The notes beneath the pieces are model-generated. The model was not told the origin of the DNA. It was given only the letters and a program-made list of their open reading frames with translations, and did not search any database. This document shows, in pieces, positions 11,391 to 22,303 of a stretch of DNA of 64,000 nucleotides; position 1 is the first letter of the stretch, and each line of letters starts with the position of its first letter. The position numbers were made by a program, and so were the translations under genes. Origin of the DNA: Vitrella brassicaformis CCMP3155 (taxonomy: Eukaryota > Protista > Chromerida); the NCBI GenBank assembly GCA_001179505.1, contig CDMY01000243.1:605444-669443 (forward strand). The letters run 5' to 3'.

Positions 11391-12120
11391 ACGCTCATGC
11401 ACCCCGTCAACCACCACGTGCGTCTAGCGGCTGTGGTCGTCGCCCGTCGCCGAGGCACTCGCACTTCCCTGGCTCTCCTTCATCGCACCCACGATGCGGC
11501 GCAACAAGATGCCTGCATGCAGATCCAGAAGCAACACGCAGTGGTGTGTGTCGGTGCGGGAGTGAGTGAGTGAGTGAGTGTGGCCCATTCCCTTTGCCTA
11601 CCGCTGGTGCAGAAGAGGATTTTGGTGTGTTTTGATGCGTTGATGTTTTCCTGTCCGATCTGCCACCCCACCAGGCCGCCCACCTGGTGCTGGCCGTCCT
11701 TGGACAAACCCCGCGTCATGCACTCGTACGCGACACGCCTGACATACACATGGATGGATGCTGGCTTTTGCTCGTGTCTTGTGTGTGTGTCGGTGTGGGT
11801 GCGCACTTTGCGACGCTTGTGGCTGCGAGTCGGCGTGGCTGCGACACGATAATGCGGACGTCACGGCTCGTCTGCAGGGCCTCACGCAAAATGAACTGGG
11901 GAAGCTGCACACACTCACACAGGGAGGGAGGGAGGGAGAGGAGAGACGGACCAATACAGTGGGTTGGTGTTTGTGTTGTGGGTTTGGGTGTGGTTGACGG
12001 ACCTGTGTGGTTTTGCCGCTGCCAGTGGCGCCGTGCAGGACGATGCACTGGTGGTCTCGCAGTGCATCGATGAACGTCTCGTGGTGCGCGTGGACCGGCA
12101 GAATGGGAAGCCCAAACTCG
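11390..12120 (-). pseudogene. DEAH/RHA RNA helicase fragment (DHX36/DHX57/TDRD9-like), copy 1
   Basis: Spliced exons 12120-12003, 11904-11807, 11738-11602 and 11512-11390 give LPVHAHHETFIDALRDHQCIVLHGATGSGKTTQLPQFIL...SQPRRLAATSVAKRVAYE...ILFCTSGILLRRI...*THVVVDGVHER, i.e. motifs I, Ia, Ib and II only. There is a TAG at 11424-11426 and DEVH is changed to DGVH. Confidence 0.85.
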
Positions 12121-12209
12121 CTGTGACACAACGCACACGACACACCACACATACCACATCACATCCGTCCACCCTGTCCGTCAGTCCGATGGCATTGCGT
12201 CGTGATGGC

Positions 12210-12509
12210 NNNNNNNNNNNNNNNNNNNNNNNNNNNNNNNNNNNNNNNNNNNNNNNNNNNNNNNNNNNNNNNNNNNNNNNNNNNNNNNNNNNNNNNNNNN
12301 NNNNNNNNNNNNNNNNNNNNNNNNNNNNNNNNNNNNNNNNNNNNNNNNNNNNNNNNNNNNNNNNNNNNNNNNNNNNNNNNNNNNNNNNNNNNNNNNNNNN
12401 NNNNNNNNNNNNNNNNNNNNNNNNNNNNNNNNNNNNNNNNNNNNNNNNNNNNNNNNNNNNNNNNNNNNNNNNNNNNNNNNNNNNNNNNNNNNNNNNNNNN
12501 NNNNNNNNN
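12210..12509. other. Assembly gap (300 N)
   Basis: Run of N. Confidence 1.
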
Positions 12510-13225
12510 CGTCAACCACCACGTGCGTCCAGCGCCTGAAATCGTCGCCCGTCGCCGAGGCACTCGCACTTCCCTGGCTCTCCTTCATCGCACCCACGAT
12601 GCGGCGCAACAAGATGCCTGCATGCAGATCCAGAAGCAACACGCAGTGGTGTGTGTCGGTGCGGGAGTGAGTGAGTGAGTGAGTGTGGCCCATTCCCTTT
12701 ACCTACCGCTGGTGCAGAAGAGGATTTTGGTGTGTTTTGATGCGTTGATGTTTTCCTGTCCGATCTGCCACCCCACCAGGCCGCCCACCTGGTGCTGGCC
12801 GTCCTTGGACAAACCCCGCGTCATGCACTCGTACGCGACACGCCTGACATACACATGGATGGATGCTGGCTTTTGCTCGTGTCTTGTGTGTGTGTCGGTG
12901 TGGGTGCGCACTTTGCGACGCTTGTGGCTGCGAGTCGGCGTGGCTGCGACACGATAATGCGGACGTCACGGCTCGTCTGCAGGGCCTCACGCAAAATGAA
13001 CTGGGGAAGCTGCACACACTCACACAGGGAGGGAGGGAGGGAGAGGAGAGACGGACCAATACAGTGGGTTGGTGTTTGTGTTGTGGGTTTGGGTGTGGTT
13101 GACGGACCTGTGTGGTTTTGCCGCTGCCAGTGGCGCCGTGCAGGACGATGCACTGGTGGTCTCGCAGTGCATCGATGAACGTCTCGTGGTGCGCGTGGAC
13201 CGGCAGAATGGGAAGCCCAAACTCG
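12510..13225 (-). pseudogene. DEAH/RHA RNA helicase fragment, copy 2 (tandem duplicate of 11399-12209)
   Basis: Same exons as copy 1 but with TGG (DDFRRWTHVVVD) where copy 1 has TAG. The copies are therefore not identical. Confidence 0.85.
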
Positions 13226-13329
13226 CTGTGACACAACGCACACGACACACCACACATACCACATCACATCCGTCCACCCTGTCCGTCAGTCCGATGGCAT
13301 TGCGTCGTGATGGCCTTCTGCACCAGCGG

Positions 13330-14525
13330 CCATCCTCGTGAGACCGATGAGAATGTTGTCATACGTGGCGTCGGTGGCCACATACGTCGAAGTCGGCGGC
13401 AGGGACTCGGTTGTTTGGACGGCGCTGGTTCCTGACTGCATGGCCTTGAGGGCGTCGGCTGCGTTAAACATTCTCACCTGAACAACACAACCACTCACAC
13501 ACAAGTGCACCATGTCGATCTGTTTCGTGTCTCACCTTATGCATCGCTGAAAGGGCTTAGAAGCCAGGATACAGGCGCACCTGCACCAAACACACACAGA
13601 CAGATCACAAAACTCACTATCACAAAAGTCATTCGCCGCTCCTGCTCCTGCCTTACAGAATGGATGTCGTTGACTGGACAGTGCAGAAGCATGAGAACAG
13701 AGATTCTTCGGGATATAAAATGTAGGCAACGATACATCTGCAGCAGACACAGAAACATCCGCACTCATTGCCGACTTTTTCCATTCGTTCTGCTTCATTT
13801 ACCCTCTTCCTTTCCACCTCCTTGGCGCCGTTCATGACCGATCAGGTTGGCGGGGCAACTTGAGAAACGACAACAACAGGCGATCAGCCGGACAGCCTGA
13901 CAGACACAAGGGTATATCCACCACTCGTGTACTCACACACACATGGATGGACTGATGTGCATTCGCTTACATTCACCCCCTCCCTGCTGCATCTGCTGCC
14001 GCGGAACCTCCTCGCCCTCGCCACTCGCGACGAACAGCGAATAGATGGGCCCGCCCTGCGTCAGCAGCCCCTCTGCCCCACCATACCCGCCGCCGAATGC
14101 CTGCTCGATGGCCGGCCTCAGCAGGGGCGGCACCACGCCCTTCTTGATGGTGATCTCGGGCGGCGGCGGTGGGTTCTTGGGGGCAGCATGGTGCCGTGAC
14201 AGCAAATACAACATGGTGGGCTCCAGACGGCTCTCGGGCGCGTCAATGACCTTGCGGACGACGGGCAAGGTGAGCGGCCCATTCTGCAACACCGGGAAGG
14301 TCACCGTGGGCCGCTTGCTGGCGATGCCACGGGGTTCGTCGTCCTTGCCGTCCAGCGTCCACCGAGCCGCACCGGTGGAGAGCGGCACTACTGTGGGTGG
14401 TGGTGTTGGTGGTCCTGCTGGTGCTGTTGGCGGGGCGGGGGCGTGTGCGCCCTCACTGGCCTCCTGGCACAGCGGTGCTGCTGCTGCAAGTGGGCTGGTG
14501 GGTGCGGCATGGTGGCATGACGACC
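13330..14525 (-). pseudogene. Kinase-like family copy C (diverged, fragmented)
   Basis: AARWTLDGKDDEPRGIASKRPTVTFPVLQNGPLTLPVVRKVI...GLLTQGGPIYSLFVASG (14400-13970), AMHK donor (~13540) and exon VRMFNAADAL...STYVATDATYDNILIG (13477-13340), which abuts the helicase fragment. Confidence 0.7.
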
Positions 14526-14611
14526 TGAGGACAAAGGGAAACGACAAACAGACACACAGTGAGAGCGCTGCTTCACTAAAGGGGAGACTCTCTCCCTCTC
14601 CCTCCCTCTCC

Positions 14612-14643
<32 letters not shown>

Positions 14644-15189
14644 ATGTGTGCGTGTCGTGTACCCACCTGTCGTGTGGGCTGCTGTCCCCCTCCTCCCCTC
14701 CCTCTCCCTCACGGGCGGCCTCTATCTCCCTCTCCTGTCCACTGGGCAACACTGATTGATGAAAGGACCGCCACACAGAAAGCACACCAGAGGTCATTCA
14801 TCTCATCACCGTAGTCGCCCATTTCATCCGCCTTGCTGTCGTGAGTGCTTTGGCTCACCCTCACTAAGTGTCGCCGGCGCGCCGCGCCCCTCCTCGACGT
14901 CGGCCTCTCCTCTCCCCTCCTCCCGGCTGTCCCTCTTTCCCGGCTCGTCCCCAACTGCACCAAACACATTTGCACACACAGAGCCATAGGCACAGAGATC
15001 ACCCTTTTCTACATCAGACCGCAAATTACCTGGTCGCTTGCATTTCTTGACGCGGGCGCGCATGAAATGGGAGTAAAAGACCTCGAGATATAAAATGCAG
15101 GCAGCAATTAGGCCACCAGGCCCTATCGACAGAAACAAAGAGACATATCATTGTGGGTAAGTTAATGTGCCTTCTGTCTCATGTTCTTA

Positions 15190-17450
15190 TCGCACTCTGG
15201 TGACCGCCCTTGGCCCCCTCCATCGGTGTCTTGATGGTCTTCTGCACCACAGGCACTGTGAGGGGGGAAGACGTGCTGGCGTCTGTCGCGGCGGATTTCG
15301 TGCTGGCGTCTGTCGCGACTGCCTTAGGGTATCCAGCCGCCTATCCAGCAGCTGCAACTCGTCGATGCCCTCCTCGTCAGGCTTCCTCTCAGTGGCCCAC
15401 ACGGCGCGCCTCGGCCACTGGTCCGAGGGGATGGGGCTGCTGTTGGGATTCTCCGCCGTCTGCTGTTGGGTGCCGATGACGGTCTCGTCAAAGGTGACGG
15501 CTGGCAGGTCCTGCTTGACGTCCGGCAGGATCTGGTGGCAATACAGAAATGACAGTGCCGTGCCGCCCACCGTCCACAGGTCGACGTCGGGCTGCCAGCC
15601 GGGGTAGCCCCAGTGCTTCTGCGCCCACTCGCCGACTGCCGCGGGGGTGCTGGGGGGGCCGTTGCGTGTGCGCGAGGGGTCGATGACGGCCTTGATGTGG
15701 GGCGGGGCGGAGGTGAGTGTGTTCATGATGTGTGTCTCGTACGGCACCGCCAGCGTCTTGCCCCCCCTTGTCACCAGACTGCCCCTCTCCTGCCCAGCGG
15801 CGTCGATAACGCCATCTTGACCCTGCTGCTTATTAAGCACTGCAGGAGACACCAAAGCACACACAAAATGTACCGCAGAGCTGAACTTTGACCTCAACAG
15901 GCTATAGTTCTTCGCTACCTTTCTGATACTGCTCGAAACACTTTGCCACTTCAGCTGCGCGCCGTTATCAAATGAGAAGTCGACAAATATAAAATGTAGG
16001 CAGAGATCGGACCTGCACATCAACACAAAGAGACACGATCACAGTGGTCGCTGTGCTGATGTCTCAGTTGGTTTCCTCACGCACACATTCGTCCGCCCCG
16101 CGTCACCAAACTGCCCCTCTCCTGCCCGGCGGCATCGATAAAGGTGGGCACCGGCACCACCACCTGCCGACTGCCCCCGCGCACCACCGACGCGTTGGCC
16201 TTGACAAATCCGACAAGGATATTGTCGAAGGTCGTGTGGTTGCGACGTACGTGGAGCGGGGCGGCAGCTCCTCGGCCGTCTGGACCGCGCTGGTGCTGGG
16301 GCGCTGGCGACGGCCTTGGCAACACTAAGCACAGGCACCTGAACCACACAAACACACACACAAACACACAGAATACATTCATTGGTGAGCTCACCCTTTC
16401 CATCCCTCTGCCCTGTCTGTCTGTCTGTCCGTCTGTCCCTTTGTGTCTCTCACCTTATGCATTGCGTTGGTCTTCATCAGCAGGTCTATGACTTGGCGGT
16501 GACGGCAAATACGGCACCGACCTGCCAGTCGTCCTCCTCCTTGAAGTTGCTGCTCCCCACCAGCCTTTTCATCTTCTTCCTGATCTGCCACCCGTGGGCA
16601 ATCTCCTTCATTTTGGTGCGGTTGATCCGCTTGCCGTTGGCCATCTGGATGCCCGCCTCCTGCGCCGCTGTCGGCTGAGCTCCGCTGTCCAGCAGACGCA
16701 GCGCCGACCCCTCGCCAGGCGGATACAGCAGGACCCGCAGCGCAAGAAAGCTGCCGAGGGGCTGGCGTCGGGCGTCGCTCTGGCGGTCGATGTTGCCAAC
16801 GACAGCGACGCCGTCCTGGCCGGGCTGCTGCTTGGGCGGCGCCTCCCCCTCCCCACTCGCAATGAACAGCGAGTAGATCGGTCCCCCCATGGTGTAGAGC
16901 CCCTACGCCTGCCGATACATACTCGCCCGCGAAGGCCTCGTCTAGGGCCTCCCGGACGGCGGGCGGCACCGCGCCCTTCTTGCGGGCGAGCTTGGCGAGG
17001 GCAGGTGGCGGCTGGGCGGTGGGGGTGCGGCTCTTCTCGGGATGCTGAGTGGTCAGCAGGTAGAGGAATGCGGGCTCGAGGCGCTCCTTTTGCATCCTGA
17101 TGGTCTTCTGCACCACAGGCAGTGTGAGGGGGCCGTTGCGGAGCCTCTGGAAAGAGACAGCGGCGCGTTGGATGGCGACGCCATGAGCCGATGCTGTCCC
17201 CCTCTCCAAAGTCCACTCGGCCGCCTTGTGGAGTGTTGGTGCTGGTGCTTCTGGTGCCGTTGGTGCCTCTGGTGCTGCTGATGCTTCTGGTGCTGCTGGT
17301 GGGGCGGTGGCATATGTGCTGTCGGCATCGTCCTCCTCGGGCAGTGGCGCCGTGGGTGGGGCTGGGATGGGTGGTCCGGGCGCCAACACGCCCTCCTCCC
17401 TCTCCTCAACACACTTGGACACTCTGCATCCAAACGAGGCGTCCACACAG
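15190..17450 (-). pseudogene. Kinase-like family copy D (frameshifted, with the same ~280-bp insert as copy B)
   Basis: AAEWTLERG...NGPLTLPVVQK...EAFAGEY, a 4-nt ATAC duplication at ~16917 causing a frameshift, then GGPIYSL...GSFLALRV...MHK, exon 16336-16090, insert 16089-15810, and the C-lobe 15809-15300. Confidence 0.75.
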
Positions 17451-17499
17451 ACACAGACAGACCAAATGAGATGGTTAATGAGATGGAAGTCTCTCTGCG

Positions 17500-19330
17500 T
17501 GTGGCCTTACCCGTTGTTGGTGTCATGGCCGCCTCCAGGTGCAGACACGCCCTCCTTCTGCTCCCTCTCCTCCTCAACACTCCTGGACAACCTGCAATCA
17601 AACGAGCAATTCACACAGTGAGCGACAGGGCAGACCGAATGAGATGTGCAGGACGATGTGGCACTCTCTGTGTGTGGCATTACATACCTGCTGTGGTCGT
17701 CCTGGTCTCCTCGAGGCGCCGACGCGCCCGCCTCACGACAGCTTTCAGGTGCCTCCTCGGCAGGGCCAGGGGGACTCTCAAAACAGGCGGCTACATTCTC
17801 GGCCTCCGTTTCCTCCTCTCTGCCGGTCGGCTGGTCGCCCTCTCCACTCTGCTGCTGCTGGCTACTCAGATCGGGGAGCTCTGGTGCTGCTGCTGGCGTG
17901 GGGGCGGCTTTGTTGGCCTTCTCCTCTCTCTCCCCCTCCTCTGTCACGCCGGCCGGGCCGTGGCTGTTCTCATCTCTGGCGGGCTGCAATGCGGCGGCGG
18001 TAGCAGCCTTGTGGTGGTGGCTGGTGGGCTGCTGGCTCGATAAATCATGCACATGCACATGGATCCCTTCCTCTCCCGGCTGAAGACCGCCATTAAGCGG
18101 CCCAGCTCGAACGATAGCAGCAGGCCCCGGTCCGCTGGGGTGGATAGGTGGCCGTGGCCGTGGTGCGGCGGACGTCGTGCGGGGAACCTGCTGGTATTGC
18201 TGCGGTCCCATCAGTGGTGGGGTGGCCGTGGCCGTGTAGATGGGCCGCAGCGGGGCCGGGCGCGGATACGCAGCCACAAACCCCAAATGGGGGGGTGGGG
18301 GTGGGGAAGGGGATGGGGATGGGGGTGGGATGCAGCAGGAGGGCCGTCGCGCTGCTGCAGAGCCTCGGCGAGGTGCCTGTCAGCTGGTCGTCGGCCGAGG
18401 GACCGCGAAGGCCTCCTCTAGGGCCTCCCGGACGGCGGGCGGCACCGCGCCCTTCTTGTGGGCGAGCTTGGCGAGGTCATGGGGCGGCTGGGCGGTGGGG
18501 GGGCGGCTCTCTTCGGGACGCTGGGTGGTGAGGAGATAGAGGAAGGCGGGCTCGAGTCGCTCCTTTTGCATCCTGATGGTCTTCTGCACCACTGGCAGTG
18601 TGAGGGGGCCGTTGCGGAGCGTCGGGAAGGAGACAGCGGCGCGTTCGATGGCGACGCCATGAGCCGACGCTGTCCCCCTCTCCAAAGTCCACTCGGCCGC
18701 CTTGTGGAGAGTCGGTGCGGTGGCTTCTGGTGCCGTTGGTGCCTCTGGTGCGGGTGAGGCTTCTGGTGCTGCTGGTGGGGCGGTGGCAGCTGTGTTGTCG
18801 TTGTCCCCCTCAGGCAATGCGGCTGGGTGTGGGGCTGGGATGGGTGGTGTGGGGGCTGGCGTGGGTGAGTCGGCTTGGCCCTGCACCTCAAAGGACGATC
18901 TGATATCGGCAATTCACGCAGACACAGACAGAACAGAATGGAAGTCCTCTGAGTGTGTCATTATTGTACCCATTTCGATCGTCACGGGCACGCCCCCCTC
19001 CCTCTCGTCAACACTATCGGACACTCTGCGACCAAACGAGGCGTCCACACAGACACAGACAGACCAAATGAGATGGGTAATAAGATGGAAGTCTCTCTGC
19101 GTGTGGCCTTACCCGTTGTTGGTGTCATGGCCGCCTGCGGGCATCGACACGCCCTCTTCACGCACACTAACACCTCCCTCCCCGGCAGCCGTGGGGGCAG
19201 TTGCGATGGCGGCGGCACTGCCTCTTCCCTCCTCTCCCTCTCCCTCTGTCGTGGCGCCCGGCGCTGTCGGCGTCGGCGCGTCTGTGGCAGCCTCGTGGTG
19301 GTGGCTGGTGGGCTGCTCCCTCGGTAGAAC
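17500..19330 (-). pseudogene. Kinase-like family N-terminal modules and truncated N-lobe (copy E)
   Basis: 18886-18405 repeats AAEWTLERG...EEAF and is joined at ~18405 to the Pro/His-rich N-terminal module (MGFVAA...RAGPLNGGLQPGEEGIHVHVHD, homologous to 44360-44700). The DQDDHSR exon/intron at 17700-17590 and the GHDTNNG exon at 17510 and 19110 are also duplicated. Confidence 0.7.
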
Positions 19331-20903
19331 ACGCACATGAATCCCTCCCTCTCCCGGCTGGAGACCGCCATTCTTAAGCGGCTCAGCTCGAACGATAGCA
19401 GCAGGCCATCCATGCCGGTATCTTTGAGTCGGTTGAAGAGGGAGACGGGCTTGCTCACTGAGGTCACACACATACCAGTGCCACCACACAGGGAGCGATG
19501 GCCGAGTGTACTGTATGTCTCTGTCTGTATGTCGCTGTACGTCAGTATCGGGCCGGAGGCTGTCTGCCAACACTCTGACACGTTAACAGCATGGAATGGG
19601 AGTAGCGGCCTGCGCGTGCGATCAGACGGGCAGAGACACGCAAAGAACAGAAGAGACATAAGGAACGTCATAGAATAGAATATGTCGCATCCTTCGTCTT
19701 GCGTACCTTCGAAAGAACTTCTCAGCTGCGAAATCAACGATTAAAGCTTGCGCCGTCGCCTTGGAGTGAACTGATGGCGACACTGGCAGAAGCTTGATGC
19801 GATGGGAATATATGGGGCTTAGCTTTGCCTTGTACCATTCACCTCCCACTTTGTGTCCTGAAGGCAGAAGAGCAATACAGGCAAAACGAAACGCATGCGA
19901 TGCCACACGATCTATTTTTCCAAAGCGATGATTCCCGCTGACCTTTCTTTCCTTCTGAAAAGGCGTACCTGCAGCTGATCGTCCTCTTCACGGCTGGCGT
20001 CCGTCAAGTCTGATGTCAAGTCAGAGGAGCACTTCTACCATCATCATTGTGTGTGCGAAACACGTACCTGAGAGATGGTCCTCGTGGCGAGCAGCTCAGT
20101 TGGCGCCATCGTGATGCTGGTCCATACATAGCGGCCTGCCTGCATCTGAAGGAGTGCCAGGAGCAGGCAGGCCAGACAAGCAGAGACAGACACACAGAGG
20201 AGTGGAAGAGATGTGAGTGACAGAATTGAACAATGTGTGTAATCCTCTTTCTTGTGTCTGTCTTCACGTGCGTACCTGCGCGGAAGGTAATCATAGTGTC
20301 GTCACACTGGCACGAACAAAGCCAGAAGGAAACCCGTCTGTCTACGGCCGCAACAAACGACAAAAGCCCCCAAACAACAAGAGCTAGCGTGCTATACAAG
20401 CATACATACACACACACGGCTGCCGGTCTTCATTCAGTATATTGTCCATTCATTTGGTATGCGTGCGTGTGTCTGTTGAGGGGCGGTGGAGTGGGATTGA
20501 TGGTTTCAAGGAGAAGAGGAGAGGGCCGTAAAAGGGTGCTTGTTGCTGTATGTGTTGCCGTGGCGTCGATCCGCGTCCACAAGTCGGGGCCGGGTTTCGT
20601 TACCCGTTTGATTGAGCCCGTTCGATTGAGTGATGCGTAGAAGGCCACGAGGCGACCGGGAGAAGAGTTTGGCCCTCATTTTCTTGCACAGAGGGAGACG
20701 ATGGGGGGAAACTTCCGCCTACTCTCGTGTTGTCGACGGCGGCGCTACACTGAGAATATGCTCAGCTTTCCTCGCTTGTTTTCGCTCACCGTCTTTCTTT
20801 TTCTTTGCCTGGAGCCGACACGAGTTGTCTGTGGAGCAGCAAGGGCAAATTTAGCGTCAATACTGATTCACTCTCAGTGTACCCTGAACACCTGATCCAC
20901 TGA

Positions 20904-21870
20904 ATGCTTCATTCACCTGTTGAGGACTCCGTTGAGAAAAGGAGACGGCCATCAGAACAAAACCCCAAAATCTCATCTGCACACAAACACGCCAACAGGC
21001 ACCATGAGATGACCAAATCAGATGACCGCAGGACCACGCAGTCATCCTCGGACATCATGCATACACCATACCAACGCGGCACTCAATCCAACGATGTGAA
21101 TGTGTACTCACCTGAGACAATGTTCAAGGTTGAAGACAAAAGAAGGCGCCCGCGCTCTCAGCTGACGCCAGACAGGTGTCAGGCAGTCTCCACCCATTCA
21201 GCAGAAGCCAGGGCGACACATCTGAGCTCGAGGCCTCCCTCGCGGCACAACGGTAGAGGAAGGGAATGGCAGACGACATTCGGACAAGTTGGGAGGGACG
21301 AACCACACACAAGCCAACCAAAGGATGAGGGAGCCTCAGGCTGAAGTCACTTTCTGACGGGCGGGCGGGTCAGGGGCGGTCAGGTGGACTCGTCCTCTTC
21401 GCAAACGGCGAGCGGAGGGGGCCGCGTGGGCCTCGAGCGGATGGCGCCCGCCGATTTAAGCCGAAAAAGGAGAAAAAACGGAGGAGATGTGAGGCGAACA
21501 CTGAGGAATGAGGAGAGCTGGGGCGTGGAAAGTGTCTGCTGTTTCTTTTCTTTGACAAAACCGTCTCGAGACGGCGAGATTTCGAATTCTCGCCGCGATT
21601 CTCGCCACAAGCTCGCATCTCCCCTGGCCAGGCAGAGCAACACACCAACCATTTTTGGGATCACTCAATCGGCTACGCGACCACCATCGACGCAGGGCTC
21701 GTCACCCATCAGCAAGGACACTGCAGACACCAGGAAAGCGGCTGATGGTGAGAAGATGCTGTTGAATGTCGGCGGGGTGATGATGGAATTCCCTCGTCAT
21801 CCAGCTGCTCCGCCGTGATCTGCGGGGCACGTGTTTGGCTGCTCACGAGCGGTGCTGGATACGATCAGTT
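20904..21870 (+). pseudogene. Degenerate BTB/POZ (KCTD/T1-type) domain protein
   Basis: ORFs 20904-21344 and 21384-21818 are in the same frame, separated by one TGA. The frame ends GEKMLLNVGGVMMEFPRH, the LNVGG start of a T1-type BTB, and shifts into LLRRDLRGTCLA. Confidence 0.45.
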
Positions 21871-22303
21871 ACGCTCAGCCGTGACCAGACCATGGCCGTG
21901 AGTGATCCCGGCCATCAGACAGTCTGACAGACACTCCCACACAGCCAAGTGCTTGTCCGAAAACACGCAAACGGCCATCCATCACGCTCACACACGCGCA
22001 TGCTAGACTTCGCAAGTAGTGTGGGTGGCTGCTGTGGCACACGACACCACACCGATACACACAGACAGCATCCTAGATGGAGATATCTGTGCAGTAGGGA
22101 GAGGCTGTCTGTGTATTGTATTGGCTTGGCTGTCTGACTGTCAGAGGGGTTTGCCCATCTGCGTGGGTGACGAATGCGAGGTGAGGGCAGGAAGACAGAC
22201 AGATAGTACTAGCTATTCACACCGGCAACTAACAATTTCCCCCCTCCCCTCCCCTCCTCAGTTCCTCCAGCCCTCCTCATCGTCGAGCCCCATCTCCCCC
22301 CCA

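Noticed and set aside
7798-19330. Helitron, Pack-MULE or other transposon as the carrier of the gene fragments
   Set aside because: No Rep/helicase, transposase, terminal hairpin-CTRR or TIR/TSD could be identified. The helicase present is a DEAH RNA helicase, not PIF1-like.
19337-20420. Possible degenerate coding fragments (VGGEWYKAKL..., ALIVDFAAEKFFRRY)
   Set aside because: No family was recognised and there is no consistent exon chain.
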